Shown here: positions 40,658-50,018 of the stretch, one piece after another
Layout: the number at the start of each line of letters is the position of its first letter
Position numbering within the stretch: position 1 is the first letter of the stretch
From: an uncultured Bacteroidota bacterium
Lineage (GTDB): Bacteria > Bacteroidota > Bacteroidia > Flavobacteriales > BACL11
Direction: 5' to 3'
DNA: 64,000 nt
NCBI GenBank assembly: GCA_902597195.1
Contig: CACJWV010000001.1
Location: 120-64,119, forward strand
Notes under the pieces: model-generated
What the model saw: the letters and a program-made list of their open reading frames with translations, nothing else
Told to the model about the DNA's origin: nothing
Database searches by the model: none
Translations under genes and position numbers: made by a program

Positions 40658-40673
40658 TTCTATTTTTAATCTA

Positions 40674-43600
40674 ATGAAAAGAATTCTATTATACTTTTTT
40701 CTGCTTTTTGTATTAAAAAATTCATATAGTCAGATAATTCTCACAAATGATACCACAGTTTGTGGTATGCAGAATTTGGATTTGTATGCGATTAGTGCGT
40801 CAGTAGATTCATTAGTTACAGATGATACCTATACTCAAACTATAAACTTAGGCTTTGATTTTGATTTCTATGGTGTCACATATAATAAAATGCTTATTTC
40901 ATCAAATGGATATGTAACATTTGATACAACAAGCGCAGGTGGTTATTCACCATGGGCGATAAACGCGGCTATCCCAAATCCAGGAACACCACCAGAGAAT
41001 TCAATTATGGTTACTTGGCAAGATACAGATCCTGGAGTTGCTGGTGCAATTTATTTTGGCTCTTATGGTGCTGCACCAAATAGAGTTTATGTAGTTACTT
41101 GGTGTGGTTTGGCAATGTTTTCATGCAATAGTTTGATATACACCTCGCAACTTAGAATGTATGAGGGCTCAAACAAAATTGAAATGTATCTGCAAGATAA
41201 ACCTCTCTGTGCAACCTGGAATGCAGGAGCAGCAGTGCAGGGCTTAGTAGATGCAACTAGTACTAATTTTGATATAGTTAATGACCCTGTTCAATTTTTA
41301 GATAGAAATTTTCCACTAAACTGGACAGCGACGAATGAAGGATGGGAATTTGTTCCTAATGGTGTAAATTCCTACAACATAAGTCCAATACCTTTTGTAT
41401 CTGTTGCTGCAGGTTCAACCACTTGGACTGATGGCTTTGGAAACATAGTTGGATATGGAGATTCAATAACTGTTATGCCACTTTCTACAACCACATACTA
41501 TGCAACAATGACAAGTCAGTGCTCTGGTACAATAGTTGACTCAATAACAATCACAGTTGGTTCTGGAATACAATCAAATTTAATTACTGAAAATACTAGC
41601 TGTTCTGGAGATGATGGTAAAGTTACTGTTACTCCTGATTTAGTAACTTCTCAGCCACCTTGGAATATAAATCTATTAGACCTTAATGGAAACATCATAC
41701 AAAGTCAGCAAAATGTTTTTACCTCTTACATTTTTTCAGGTTTATATCCAGGTACATACATCGCACAAATTATAGAGCCAGTATCAGGATGCTCTGGCAC
41801 AAAGAGCTTCATTATTAATCAAGATTCTATAGCTTTACAAATTGCTAGCGTTCCAACAAATGTAAGTTGTTACAATGGAAATGACGGAGAAATAGCTGTT
41901 CAAGTTATTAATGGTGCGCCACCATTTACATTCTATCTTAATAACCAAATCAATACGAATCCATACCCTTATGATAGTGTTTTTTCTAATCTTTCATCAG
42001 GAAGTTATTTCATAACTGTCACTGATGATAATAATTGCTCCATAAGAGATACTATTTCAATTGATTCTCCCACCTATCCTTTAAGAGCAATAGCCCAATC
42101 TAAAGTACCTGTTTGTAGCGGATCAACAACTGGACCAATTATTGCATTGGGAGCAGGAGGAACCCCACCATACAGCTATGAATGGTTTGACTACAATTTT
42201 AATAGTTTGTCTAATGACGATAGTTTATTTAATGTTTCTACTGGTAGTTATTTTGTAGAAATTATGGATGTAAACGGATGCGATACTTTCACTACAGTAC
42301 AAGTTATATCCTCACAGCTTCCATTGACAGCCTCACCACAGATTTATGGTGTTTCATGTCAAGGTGATAGTACTGGTATGATCATAGCAGATGGAGGAGG
42401 TAGTTTCCCCCCTTATAAATACTACTGGAAGGATTCTAGCGGAGATACTATAAGATATACAGGATATATGATAGGAAGAGACACATTGAGAGATCTTCCT
42501 GCAGGAAGTTATAGGCTACATATTTATGATTCACAAGATTGTTTTGAAGATTATATATTAACAGTAGGAGAACCTGCAACGAGCCTAACAATAGATAGTT
42601 TATTAACTGTTTCAGATATTGCTTGTCATGGAGATAGTGTAGGTAGCGCGAGAATGTTTGTAAGCGGAGGTATGCCTAACTACTCATATGTTTGGGAAAG
42701 CGGAGAGACTGGTTTAGTAGCTACATCTCTCAAGGCTGGCTATAACACTGTGTCTGTTACAGATGACTGGGGTTGTACAGTAGAGGATAGTATTCAAATT
42801 AATGAGAACCCTCTGATTGAGTCAACAGTTAGTGTTGTTCAGAATGTAAGTTGTTATGGTAATTCTGACGGTATTGCAAGTGTTACTTCATCAGGAGGCA
42901 TTCCATCATATATATATTTCTGGAGTAATGGCCATACAGGCTTTAGTATGCCAGATACAGCATATAATCTACTATTTGGAAGTTATTATGTTACTACCAG
43001 AGATGCTTTAGGTTGTGAAGTTATAGATAGTATAGATATAAGTCAACCAGAACCTTTATCAATGGAGGCTAGTGAGATAGAGTGGATTTCTTGCTATGGA
43101 GCAAATGATGGATTGGCAAATGCATATGCTTGGGGAGGTACAGCTCCTTATACCTTTACATGGCTGCCAAACGGGCAACAAGGAGATACTGTAAACACAT
43201 TAACTCCAGGTATACACACAGTTACTGTTACTGATGCAAAAGGCTGTACAGCAAGTGATACAGTATTTATAAATGAGCCTTTTGAGCTATTTGTAGACAT
43301 AGATGATGCACAGACCGTTTTAGCTTATTGTGTAGGAGTTAATACTGCTTCACTCACAGCTATTGCATCTGGAGGAACACCTGGTTATTCTTATCAATGG
43401 GATGATAATAGTGTTGCTCCTCAAACAACATCAGTAGCAACAGATTTATTTGCAGGAGTTTATACAATTACAGTTACAGATTCTAGAGGTTGTACAGTTA
43501 CAGATTCTAGAGATATAGATACAGTTACAAATACAATGAATGCACATATTACTGCATTAAATCAGTATAACGGAGGCCATCACGTAAGTTGTTATGGCGC

Positions 43601-45068
43601 AAATGATGGAAAAGTATATGTGTCGGCTTCAGGAGCACATGAACCTTATTCTTACCAATGGTTTGGTCCTTCAGGCTTTAGTGGTAGTAACGACACTATT
43701 AATCAACTTGCTGCAGGTATATACTCTGTGAATGTTAGTGATACAAATAATTGTATGGTAAATACGAGTATACATGTTACTGAGCCATTAAATCTATTAT
43801 ATAGTGTTCATTCCTCCACTGCTGAGACATGTCTTGGTTCTTGTGATGGAACAGTTTCATTACAATTATCAGGTGGTACTGCTCCTTACGTAGGTATTTT
43901 TACTAATAATGTAACTGGACATATTGGATCAAGCTCTATGCCTAATGATAGCTTGATTACTAATGTTTGTTCTGGTAGTCATAGTATTACACTAACTGAT
44001 GCTAATGGTTGCTCTAGTGCTATAATCAACGGAGGTAACAATCAGGTCGTTGTTCCATTTGCATTGTCAACAACAGCGTCTATTGATTTTTCTTCTGTGG
44101 TAAATGTATTGTGTAACTCATCTGCTACTGGCTCTGTAAGTGCTTTAAACCCAATTACAAATAATACAAACTACTCTTACTCTTGGGAAAATGTAAATAA
44201 CCCTGGAGTTACAGTTTCAAGTACTACTGCAGCATCAAACTTAATTGCTGGCACTTATGTTTTATTAGCACATTATTCTGATTCAAATAATTTAAATCTA
44301 ATATACCCAGGATGTACATCATCAGATACTGTTACTATTTCGGAGCTACCAGCTGTTGAAATTTCAAGTAATGGAATAGTTGCAGCGGATTGCTTTGGAG
44401 CAAGTACTGGTAGTATTAACGCAGCAGTCTCTGGTGGAACACCGCCTTATACTTTTAGTTGGCTGCCTAGCGGTGGAAGTTCGAACTTAGCTAGCAATTT
44501 AAGTGCAGGTACGTATACGCTGAATGTATTAGACGCTAATCAGTGTTCTGATGTAGATACTTTTATGGTATCACAGCCAGATGTTCTAAATGTTAGTATC
44601 ACTGAGAATAATTATTTGTTGAGCGTATCTTCCTTAACAGGAGGAGTACCTCCTTACTCATATTCTTGGAGAGAATCTTCAACACCAAATGTTTCAATAC
44701 AAGGAGGGACTTCATTTTTAGTAACAGAAGGAGGAAATTATTATGTAATAATAACGGATGCCAATGGATGTACACAGACATCTAATTCTGTGTTGTTTAA
44801 TGAGACAAGCATTGGAGAAGCTGCAATAAGTGAGATAAAAATATATCCGAACCCATTTAGAGATGAAGCTACGATTGATTTAGGAACATCAGTATCGGAC
44901 GTAGTCGTAAGGGTAATGGATATATATGGAAAAGTTATAGAAATAATAGAAACAAAGAATAGAGATAAGGTTTTAATAAAGTCTAGAAACAAGGCTAAAG
45001 GAACCTATTTTGTGGAGATAGAAATAGATGAAGATCAAATATTCTACAAGAAAATTTCAATTAAGTAA
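40674..45068 (+). CDS. Giant cell-surface protein: unique ~300-aa head, SprB-repeat stalk nearly identical to gene 2, and T9SS type-A C-terminal domain (island gene 4)
   Basis: Signal peptide MKRILLYFFLLFVLKNSYSQ. Head contains INLGFDFDFYGVTYNKMLISSNGYVTFD. From residue ~522 onward the protein matches gene 2 except for one S/F substitution and the last 4-5 residues. It lies only 16 nt downstream of gene 3. Confidence 0.9.
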   Translation: MKRILLYFFLLFVLKNSYSQIILTNDTTVCGMQNLDLYAISASVDSLVTDDTYTQTINLGFDFDFYGVTYNKMLISSNGYVTFDTTSAGGYSPWAINAAIPNPGTPPENSIMVTWQDTDPGVAGAIYFGSYGAAPNRVYVVTWCGLAMFSCNSLIYTSQLRMYEGSNKIEMYLQDKPLCATWNAGAAVQGLVDATSTNFDIVNDPVQFLDRNFPLNWTATNEGWEFVPNGVNSYNISPIPFVSVAAGSTTWTDGFGNIVGYGDSITVMPLSTTTYYATMTSQCSGTIVDSITITVGSGIQSNLITENTSCSGDDGKVTVTPDLVTSQPPWNINLLDLNGNIIQSQQNVFTSYIFSGLYPGTYIAQIIEPVSGCSGTKSFIINQDSIALQIASVPTNVSCYNGNDGEIAVQVINGAPPFTFYLNNQINTNPYPYDSVFSNLSSGSYFITVTDDNNCSIRDTISIDSPTYPLRAIAQSKVPVCSGSTTGPIIALGAGGTPPYSYEWFDYNFNSLSNDDSLFNVSTGSYFVEIMDVNGCDTFTTVQVISSQLPLTASPQIYGVSCQGDSTGMIIADGGGSFPPYKYYWKDSSGDTIRYTGYMIGRDTLRDLPAGSYRLHIYDSQDCFEDYILTVGEPATSLTIDSLLTVSDIACHGDSVGSARMFVSGGMPNYSYVWESGETGLVATSLKAGYNTVSVTDDWGCTVEDSIQINENPLIESTVSVVQNVSCYGNSDGIASVTSSGGIPSYIYFWSNGHTGFSMPDTAYNLLFGSYYVTTRDALGCEVIDSIDISQPEPLSMEASEIEWISCYGANDGLANAYAWGGTAPYTFTWLPNGQQGDTVNTLTPGIHTVTVTDAKGCTASDTVFINEPFELFVDIDDAQTVLAYCVGVNTASLTAIASGGTPGYSYQWDDNSVAPQTTSVATDLFAGVYTITVTDSRGCTVTDSRDIDTVTNTMNAHITALNQYNGGHHVSCYGANDGKVYVSASGAHEPYSYQWFGPSGFSGSNDTINQLAAGIYSVNVSDTNNCMVNTSIHVTEPLNLLYSVHSSTAETCLGSCDGTVSLQLSGGTAPYVGIFTNNVTGHIGSSSMPNDSLITNVCSGSHSITLTDANGCSSAIINGGNNQVVVPFALSTTASIDFSSVVNVLCNSSATGSVSALNPITNNTNYSYSWENVNNPGVTVSSTTAASNLIAGTYVLLAHYSDSNNLNLIYPGCTSSDTVTISELPAVEISSNGIVAADCFGASTGSINAAVSGGTPPYTFSWLPSGGSSNLASNLSAGTYTLNVLDANQCSDVDTFMVSQPDVLNVSITENNYLLSVSSLTGGVPPYSYSWRESSTPNVSIQGGTSFLVTEGGNYYVIITDANGCTQTSNSVLFNETSIGEAAISEIKIYPNPFRDEATIDLGTSVSDVVVRVMDIYGKVIEIIETKNRDKVLIKSRNKAKGTYFVEIEIDEDQIFYKKISIK
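42239..45053 (+). repeat. Copy 2 of the 2,815-bp near-identical direct repeat (3' part of gene 4)
   Basis: See copy 1. The offset of 11,890 bp is constant along the whole length, so there are no indels. Confidence 0.95.
44835..45065 (+). other. T9SS type-A C-terminal sorting domain of island gene 4
   Basis: Nucleotide-identical to 32945-33163 of gene 2. Only the last codons differ (KKISIK versus KKLIMD). Confidence 0.8.
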
Positions 45069-45167
45069 TTTAGTTACGTAATTTTTTCATTTCATTTCAT
45101 AATTTACTGTTTAAACGTTCAAAGCAAAAAAATCACTAAAGTATTTCATCTTTTATGAATAAATTGC

Positions 45168-45175
45168 TAAATTTG
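45168..45175 (+). promoter_or_regulatory. Candidate -7 promoter box for the rpsL-led ribosomal operon
   Basis: TAAATTTG lies 24 nt upstream of the rpsL ATG. Confidence 0.35.
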
Positions 45176-45198
45176 CCGGCCTTTAAAAATAAAAATAT

Positions 45199-45573
45199 AT
45201 GCCAACTATACAGCAACTAGTTAGAAAAGGAAGGGTTTCTTTGAAGAAAAAGAGCAAGTCTTTAGCACTGAACTCTTGTCCTCAAAGAAGGGGAGTTTGT
45301 ACTAGAGTATATACTACGACGCCGAAAAAACCTAATTCAGCGTTAAGAAAAGTTGCCAGAGTAAGATTAACAAACGGTAATGAAGTAAATGCATACATTG
45401 GAGGTGAGGGTCACAATTTACAAGAATACTCTGTTGTTTTGGTTAGAGGAGGAAGGGTTAAAGATTTACCTGGTGTAAGATATCACATCGTTAGAGGTGC
45501 ACTTGACACATCTGGTGTAAGTGAAAGAACACAAAGAAGATCAAAGTATGGTGCTAAACGAGAAAAAAAATAA
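45199..45573 (+). CDS. rpsL: 30S ribosomal protein S12
   Basis: [12 protein letters not shown]..., [16 protein letters not shown]. Confidence 0.98.
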   Translation: MPTIQQLVRKGRVSLKKKSKSLALNSCPQRRGVCTRVYTTTPKKPNSALRKVARVRLTNGNEVNAYIGGEGHNLQEYSVVLVRGGRVKDLPGVRYHIVRGALDTSGVSERTQRRSKYGAKREKK

Positions 45574-45577
45574 TTAA

Positions 45578-46048
45578 ATGAGAAAGAAAAGAGCGAAAAA
45601 AAGATATTTAACTCCTGACTCAAAGTTTAACAGTCAACTAGCTACAAGATTTGTCAATAATATCATGCTTGATGGCAAAAAAAATGTAGCTTTTAAAATT
45701 TTTTATGAAGCATTAGATGGGGTTTCTCTGAAAATTGATGACTCGGAAAGTATTAAAGTTTGGGAAAAAGCTCTTGAAAATGTCATGCCACATGTTGAAG
45801 TTAGAAGCAGAAGAATAGGTGGAGCAACTTTTCAAATCCCTCATCCAATTAGAGAAGACAGAAGAATATCTCTTGCAATGAAGTGGATGATTAATGCTGC
45901 AAGAAACAGAAATGAAAAAACAATGAGCCAAAGGCTTGCGTCCGAAATTGTCGCAGCTTACAAAGAAGAGGGAGCTTCGTTTAAGAAAAAACAAGATACT
46001 CACAAGATGGCTGAAGCTAACAAAGCATTTTCACATTTTAGATTTTAA
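45578..46048 (+). CDS. rpsG: 30S ribosomal protein S7
   Basis: MRKKRAKKR...; position between rpsL and fusA; 156 aa. Confidence 0.97.
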   Translation: MRKKRAKKRYLTPDSKFNSQLATRFVNNIMLDGKKNVAFKIFYEALDGVSLKIDDSESIKVWEKALENVMPHVEVRSRRIGGATFQIPHPIREDRRISLAMKWMINAARNRNEKTMSQRLASEIVAAYKEEGASFKKKQDTHKMAEANKAFSHFRF

Positions 46049-46053
46049 TTGAT

Positions 46054-48162
46054 ATGGCTAGAGATTTAAAATATACAAGAAATATTGGTATTGCAGCTCA
46101 CATTGATGCAGGTAAAACAACTACCACGGAAAGAATTTTGTATTATGGTGGTGTAAATCATAAAATTGGAGAAGTACATGATGGTGCTGCAACAATGGAT
46201 TGGATGGAGCAAGAACAGGAGAGAGGTATCACAATTACTTCCGCAGCAACCACTCTTAATTGGCCATATAGAGGTACAGATTACCATGTCAACATCATTG
46301 ATACTCCAGGACACGTCGATTTTACTGTTGAAGTAAATAGATCTTTAAGAGTCCTAGATGGTTTAGTATTTTTATTTTCAGCAGTTGATGGTGTAGAGCC
46401 TCAATCTGAAACAAACTGGAGATTAGCAAATAATTATAACGTACCTAGAATAGGTTTCGTTAACAAAATGGATAGACAAGGATCTAATTTCTTAAACGTA
46501 TGTAAGCAAGTTAAAGAGATGTTAGGTTCTCATGCTTTACCATTACAAATTCCAATTGGAAATGAAGCGGATTTTAAAGGAGTTGTGGACTTAATTAATT
46601 TTAAAGGCATTGTTTGGAACGAAGAAGATCAAGGAATGACATTTAAAGAAGTTGAAATTCCTAGTGAAGTATTAGATGAAGCTAGAGAGTACCGCTCAAA
46701 GTTATTAGAAGCAGTTGCTGAATTTGATGATAACTTACTTGAAAAATATTTTGAGGATGAGAACTCTTTAACTGAAAGAGAGATATTAGATGCACTAAGA
46801 GAAGCAACAATTTCTGGTAAAGTTGTTCCTATGATGTGTGGCTCAGCTTTCAAAAACAAAGGTGTACAAACTATGCTAGATATGGTTATGGAAATTTTAC
46901 CTTCTCCTTTGGATGTAGAAGCAATTGAAGGCACAAACCCTAAATCTGGAGATGAAGAAAAAAGAAAACCAGATGCAAATGAACCCTTTGCAGCTCTCGC
47001 ATTTAAAATTGCTACTGACCCCTATGTTGGTAGATTATGTTTCACAAGAGCATACTCTGGTACCTTAAATTCAGGTACTTATGTAATGAATACTAGATCA
47101 GGGTCAAAAGAGAGAATTTCCAGAATTTATCAAATGCACTCTAATAAGCAAAATCAGATTAATTCTTTACAAGCTGGCGATATCGCAGCACTAGTTGGTT
47201 TTAAGGATATCAAAACAGGCGATACACTCTGTGCAGAAAACGCACCCATTGTACTTGAATCAATGGATTTTCCAGATCCAGTTATCGGAGTTGCAATTGA
47301 GCCTAAAACTCAAAAAGATCTTGATAAGCTTGGAGTTGCTTTAGGTAAATTAGCGGAGGAGGATCCCACGTTTACTGTCAAAACTGACGAAGATTCTGGA
47401 CAAACTATCATTTCCGGTATGGGAGAATTGCATTTAGATATCATTATTGATAGATTAAGAAGAGAATTTAGTGTAGAATGTAATCAAGGTGCGCCACAGG
47501 TCGCTTACAAGGAGGCAATTACCTCTGCTGTAAACCACAGAGAAATATACAAAAAACAATCAGGTGGTAGAGGAAAATTTGCGGATATACAATTTGAGAT
47601 CTCTCCTGTTGACAGTGATTTTGAAGGCGAAGGCCTTCAATTCGTAAATGAAATTAAAGGAGGAAATATTCCCAAAGAATTCATTCCCTCTGTTGAAAAA
47701 GGATTCAAAATGGCCATGGTTAACGGTGTTTTAGCTGGTTACCCTCTTAACAGCATGAAGGTTAGATTATATGATGGTTCATATCATGATGTTGATTCTG
47801 ATCAACTATCATTCGAACTCTGTGCTCAGATAGCATTCAAAGCTGCTGCAAAGCAAGCAGCTCCATCTTTGCTGGAGCCAATTATGAAATTAAGTGTTGT
47901 TACGCCTGAGGAAAGTATGGGAGATGTCATTGGAGACTTAAATAGAAGAAGGGGGCAAGTTGAAGGTATGGATGACAAAGCTGGTTCAAAAGTAGTTAGT
48001 GCAAAAGTTCCCCTTTCTGAAATGTTTGGTTACATAACAGATTTGAGAACTATTACATCTGGTAGGGCCACATCCACAATGGAGTTTTTTAAATTCGATG
48101 ATGCACCCAAAAACATAGCAGAGGAGGTTATAGCGAATGTTAACGGTTCAAACGCAAAATAA
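46054..48162 (+). CDS. fusA: Elongation factor G
   Basis: [33 protein letters not shown]; 702 aa. Confidence 0.98.
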   Translation: MARDLKYTRNIGIAAHIDAGKTTTTERILYYGGVNHKIGEVHDGAATMDWMEQEQERGITITSAATTLNWPYRGTDYHVNIIDTPGHVDFTVEVNRSLRVLDGLVFLFSAVDGVEPQSETNWRLANNYNVPRIGFVNKMDRQGSNFLNVCKQVKEMLGSHALPLQIPIGNEADFKGVVDLINFKGIVWNEEDQGMTFKEVEIPSEVLDEAREYRSKLLEAVAEFDDNLLEKYFEDENSLTEREILDALREATISGKVVPMMCGSAFKNKGVQTMLDMVMEILPSPLDVEAIEGTNPKSGDEEKRKPDANEPFAALAFKIATDPYVGRLCFTRAYSGTLNSGTYVMNTRSGSKERISRIYQMHSNKQNQINSLQAGDIAALVGFKDIKTGDTLCAENAPIVLESMDFPDPVIGVAIEPKTQKDLDKLGVALGKLAEEDPTFTVKTDEDSGQTIISGMGELHLDIIIDRLRREFSVECNQGAPQVAYKEAITSAVNHREIYKKQSGGRGKFADIQFEISPVDSDFEGEGLQFVNEIKGGNIPKEFIPSVEKGFKMAMVNGVLAGYPLNSMKVRLYDGSYHDVDSDQLSFELCAQIAFKAAAKQAAPSLLEPIMKLSVVTPEESMGDVIGDLNRRRGQVEGMDDKAGSKVVSAKVPLSEMFGYITDLRTITSGRATSTMEFFKFDDAPKNIAEEVIANVNGSNAK

Positions 48163-48163
48163 T

Positions 48164-48472
48164 ATGGCACAAAAGGTAAGAATAAAATTAAAATCATTTG
48201 ATCACAACCTAGTTGATCAATCCGCTGAGAAAATTGTCAAAACAGTTAAAAATTCAGGTGCTGTAATAAGTGGTCCTGTTCCACTTCCTACTCACAAAAG
48301 AATCTATACTGTTTTAAGATCTCCTCATGTCAATAAGGAGTCAAGAGAACAGTTCCAATTATCCAATCACAAAAGACTAATGGATATATATAGTTCTTCG
48401 TCGAAAACAATTGATGCTCTGATGAAGCTTGAGCTACCCAGTGGTGTTGATGTTGAAATTAAAGTAATATAA
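48164..48472 (+). CDS. rpsJ: 30S ribosomal protein S10
   Basis: [14 protein letters not shown].... The track ORF (from 48137) extends into fusA. ATG 48164 gives the canonical 102 aa. Confidence 0.96.
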   Translation: MAQKVRIKLKSFDHNLVDQSAEKIVKTVKNSGAVISGPVPLPTHKRIYTVLRSPHVNKESREQFQLSNHKRLMDIYSSSSKTIDALMKLELPSGVDVEIKVI

Positions 48473-48473
48473 G

Positions 48474-49088
48474 ATGGCTGGATTAATTGCAAAGAAAATT
48501 GGTATGACGTCTATTTTTGATGAAAGTGGAAAAAATATTGCTTGCACCATAATTGAAGCTGGTCCCTGTGTTGTAACTCAACTTAAAACATTTGAAAAAG
48601 ATGGATACAAGGCAGTACAGTTAGGTTTTGGTCAAAAGAAAACCAAAAATATCAATAAAGCTAAACTTGGGCATTTAAAGAAATCAAAAACTAAAAACTT
48701 AAATAAGTTAGTTGAGTTTAATTTTGACAATGAGCCAGAGCTCGGATCTGAGTTAAAAGTGGATTTGTTTAATGTGGGTGATTATGTTACAGTTACAGGA
48801 AACTCAAAAGGCAAAGGATTTCAGGGCGTAGTAAAAAGACATGGTTTTGCTGGTGTTGGTGATGCCACACATGGTCAGCATAATAGAATGAGAGCACCTG
48901 GGTCAATAGGAGCTGCTTCATATCCAGCTAAAGTTTTTAAGGGAATGAGGATGGCAGGACAAATGGGAAATCAGAGAGTCAAAGTTGAGAATTTAGAGGT
49001 TTTGAATATTGATATTGAAAAAAACATAATTGTTGTTAAAGGTGCAGTTCCTGGCTTTAACAATTCTTTTATTTTAATTGAAAAGTAA
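48474..49088 (+). CDS. rplC: 50S ribosomal protein L3
   Basis: [17 protein letters not shown]...; operon order. Confidence 0.97.
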   Translation: MAGLIAKKIGMTSIFDESGKNIACTIIEAGPCVVTQLKTFEKDGYKAVQLGFGQKKTKNINKAKLGHLKKSKTKNLNKLVEFNFDNEPELGSELKVDLFNVGDYVTVTGNSKGKGFQGVVKRHGFAGVGDATHGQHNRMRAPGSIGAASYPAKVFKGMRMAGQMGNQRVKVENLEVLNIDIEKNIIVVKGAVPGFNNSFILIEK

Positions 49089-49714
49089 TGGTATTAGACG
49101 TATATAACATAAAAGGAAAAAAAACTAAAAAGCAGGTTAAATTACCAAAAGAAATTTTTGGTATTTCTCCTAACGAGCATGCTGTTTATTTAGACGTCAA
49201 ACAATATTTGGCATCACAAAGATTAGGTACTCATAAGTCTAAAGAAAGAGGAGAAGTAAAAGGAAGCAGAAGAAAGTTGAGAAAGCAGAAGGGCAGTGGA
49301 GCTGCTAGAGTTGGTGATATAAAAAATCCAATTTTTAGAGGAGGAGGAAGAGTTTTTGGTCCTAAGCCAAGAAAATATCAATTGAAGTTGAACAAAAAAG
49401 TAAAGAGTCTGGCTAAAAAATCGGTATTCTCATCCCTTTTCACTAAGTCTAACATTATTGTAATTGAAGACTACAAAATGGATAAACCAAGTACTAAGGC
49501 TTACAACCAGATTTTAGAAAACTTCGGTATAGATAATCAAAAAACGTTATTGACAACTAATGACAATTGTAAAAATATTTATCTCTCGAGCAGAAATCTC
49601 AAAAAATCAGATGTTGCACAAATTGAAAATGTTAACACATATCAATTAATGAATGCAAACAAGTTGATTATGATGGAATCTTCTATTAAAAATTTAACAG
49701 AATTATTAAAATAG
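49088..49714 (+). CDS. rplD: 50S ribosomal protein L4
   Basis: Operon position; KGSRRKLRKQKGSGAARVG motif. Confidence 0.95.
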   Translation: MVLDVYNIKGKKTKKQVKLPKEIFGISPNEHAVYLDVKQYLASQRLGTHKSKERGEVKGSRRKLRKQKGSGAARVGDIKNPIFRGGGRVFGPKPRKYQLKLNKKVKSLAKKSVFSSLFTKSNIIVIEDYKMDKPSTKAYNQILENFGIDNQKTLLTTNDNCKNIYLSSRNLKKSDVAQIENVNTYQLMNANKLIMMESSIKNLTELLK

Positions 49715-49718
49715 TTTT

Positions 49719-50009
49719 ATGAGCATTGTAAAAAAGCCTGTAGTAAGCGAAAAAATGACAGATTTAACCGAAAAGTTAAACAGATATGCTTTTGTTGTTG
49801 ATCTAAAAGCAAATAAAGTGCAAATAAAAAATGAGATTGAAAAATTATACGATGTCAAAGTACATTCAGTTAAAACTATGATTTGCATTGGTAAAACTAG
49901 GGTTAGAGGCACAAAATCTGGAATGATAAAAGGAAAAACTTCGAAATACAAAAAAGCTATAATTAAGCTTAATGAAGGAGAAACGATTGATATATATAGC
50001 AATATTTAA
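49719..50009 (+). CDS. rplW: 50S ribosomal protein L23
   Basis: Operon position; 96 aa; KPVVSEK...YAFVVD. Confidence 0.95.
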   Translation: MSIVKKPVVSEKMTDLTEKLNRYAFVVDLKANKVQIKNEIEKLYDVKVHSVKTMICIGKTRVRGTKSGMIKGKTSKYKKAIIKLNEGETIDIYSNI

Positions 50010-50018
50010 AAATTAGAG

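Noticed and set aside
24808-45068. Strong ~230-270-nt periodicity and recurring short motifs (for example ACTGATGCTAATGGTTG) that could suggest a CRISPR array or satellite.
   Set aside because: The periodicity is in frame and encodes the SprB-type protein repeat (…TDANGC…). The units are diverged, there are no unique spacers between identical short repeats, and the ORFs are uninterrupted.
24808-45068. A compositional (GC) discontinuity that would mark the adhesin block as horizontally acquired.
   Set aside because: Spot counts of 60-nt lines gave ~32-40% GC inside the block and ~27-32% outside. This difference is explainable by the Gly/Thr/Ser/Pro/Cys-rich protein composition. I cannot compute window statistics, so I make no claim.
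45069-45198. A (TTTCA)x3 microrepeat and a TTACGTAA palindrome downstream of gene 4, as a possible terminator or small RNA.
   Set aside because: There is no stable stem-loop, because the palindrome has no loop, and no T-tract context. The region is too short and AT-rich to support any call beyond the candidate rpsL promoter box.
48137-48163. An extended rpsJ start at 48137 (111 aa).
   Set aside because: It would overlap the end of fusA by 26 nt. ATG 48164 gives the canonical S10 N-terminus, [10 protein letters not shown].
48163-48163. Absence of tuf after fusA, and of adk between secY and map, as possible deletions.
   Set aside because: This is the normal Bacteroidota arrangement. tuf sits with secE-nusG elsewhere, and adk is present at 2400-2972.
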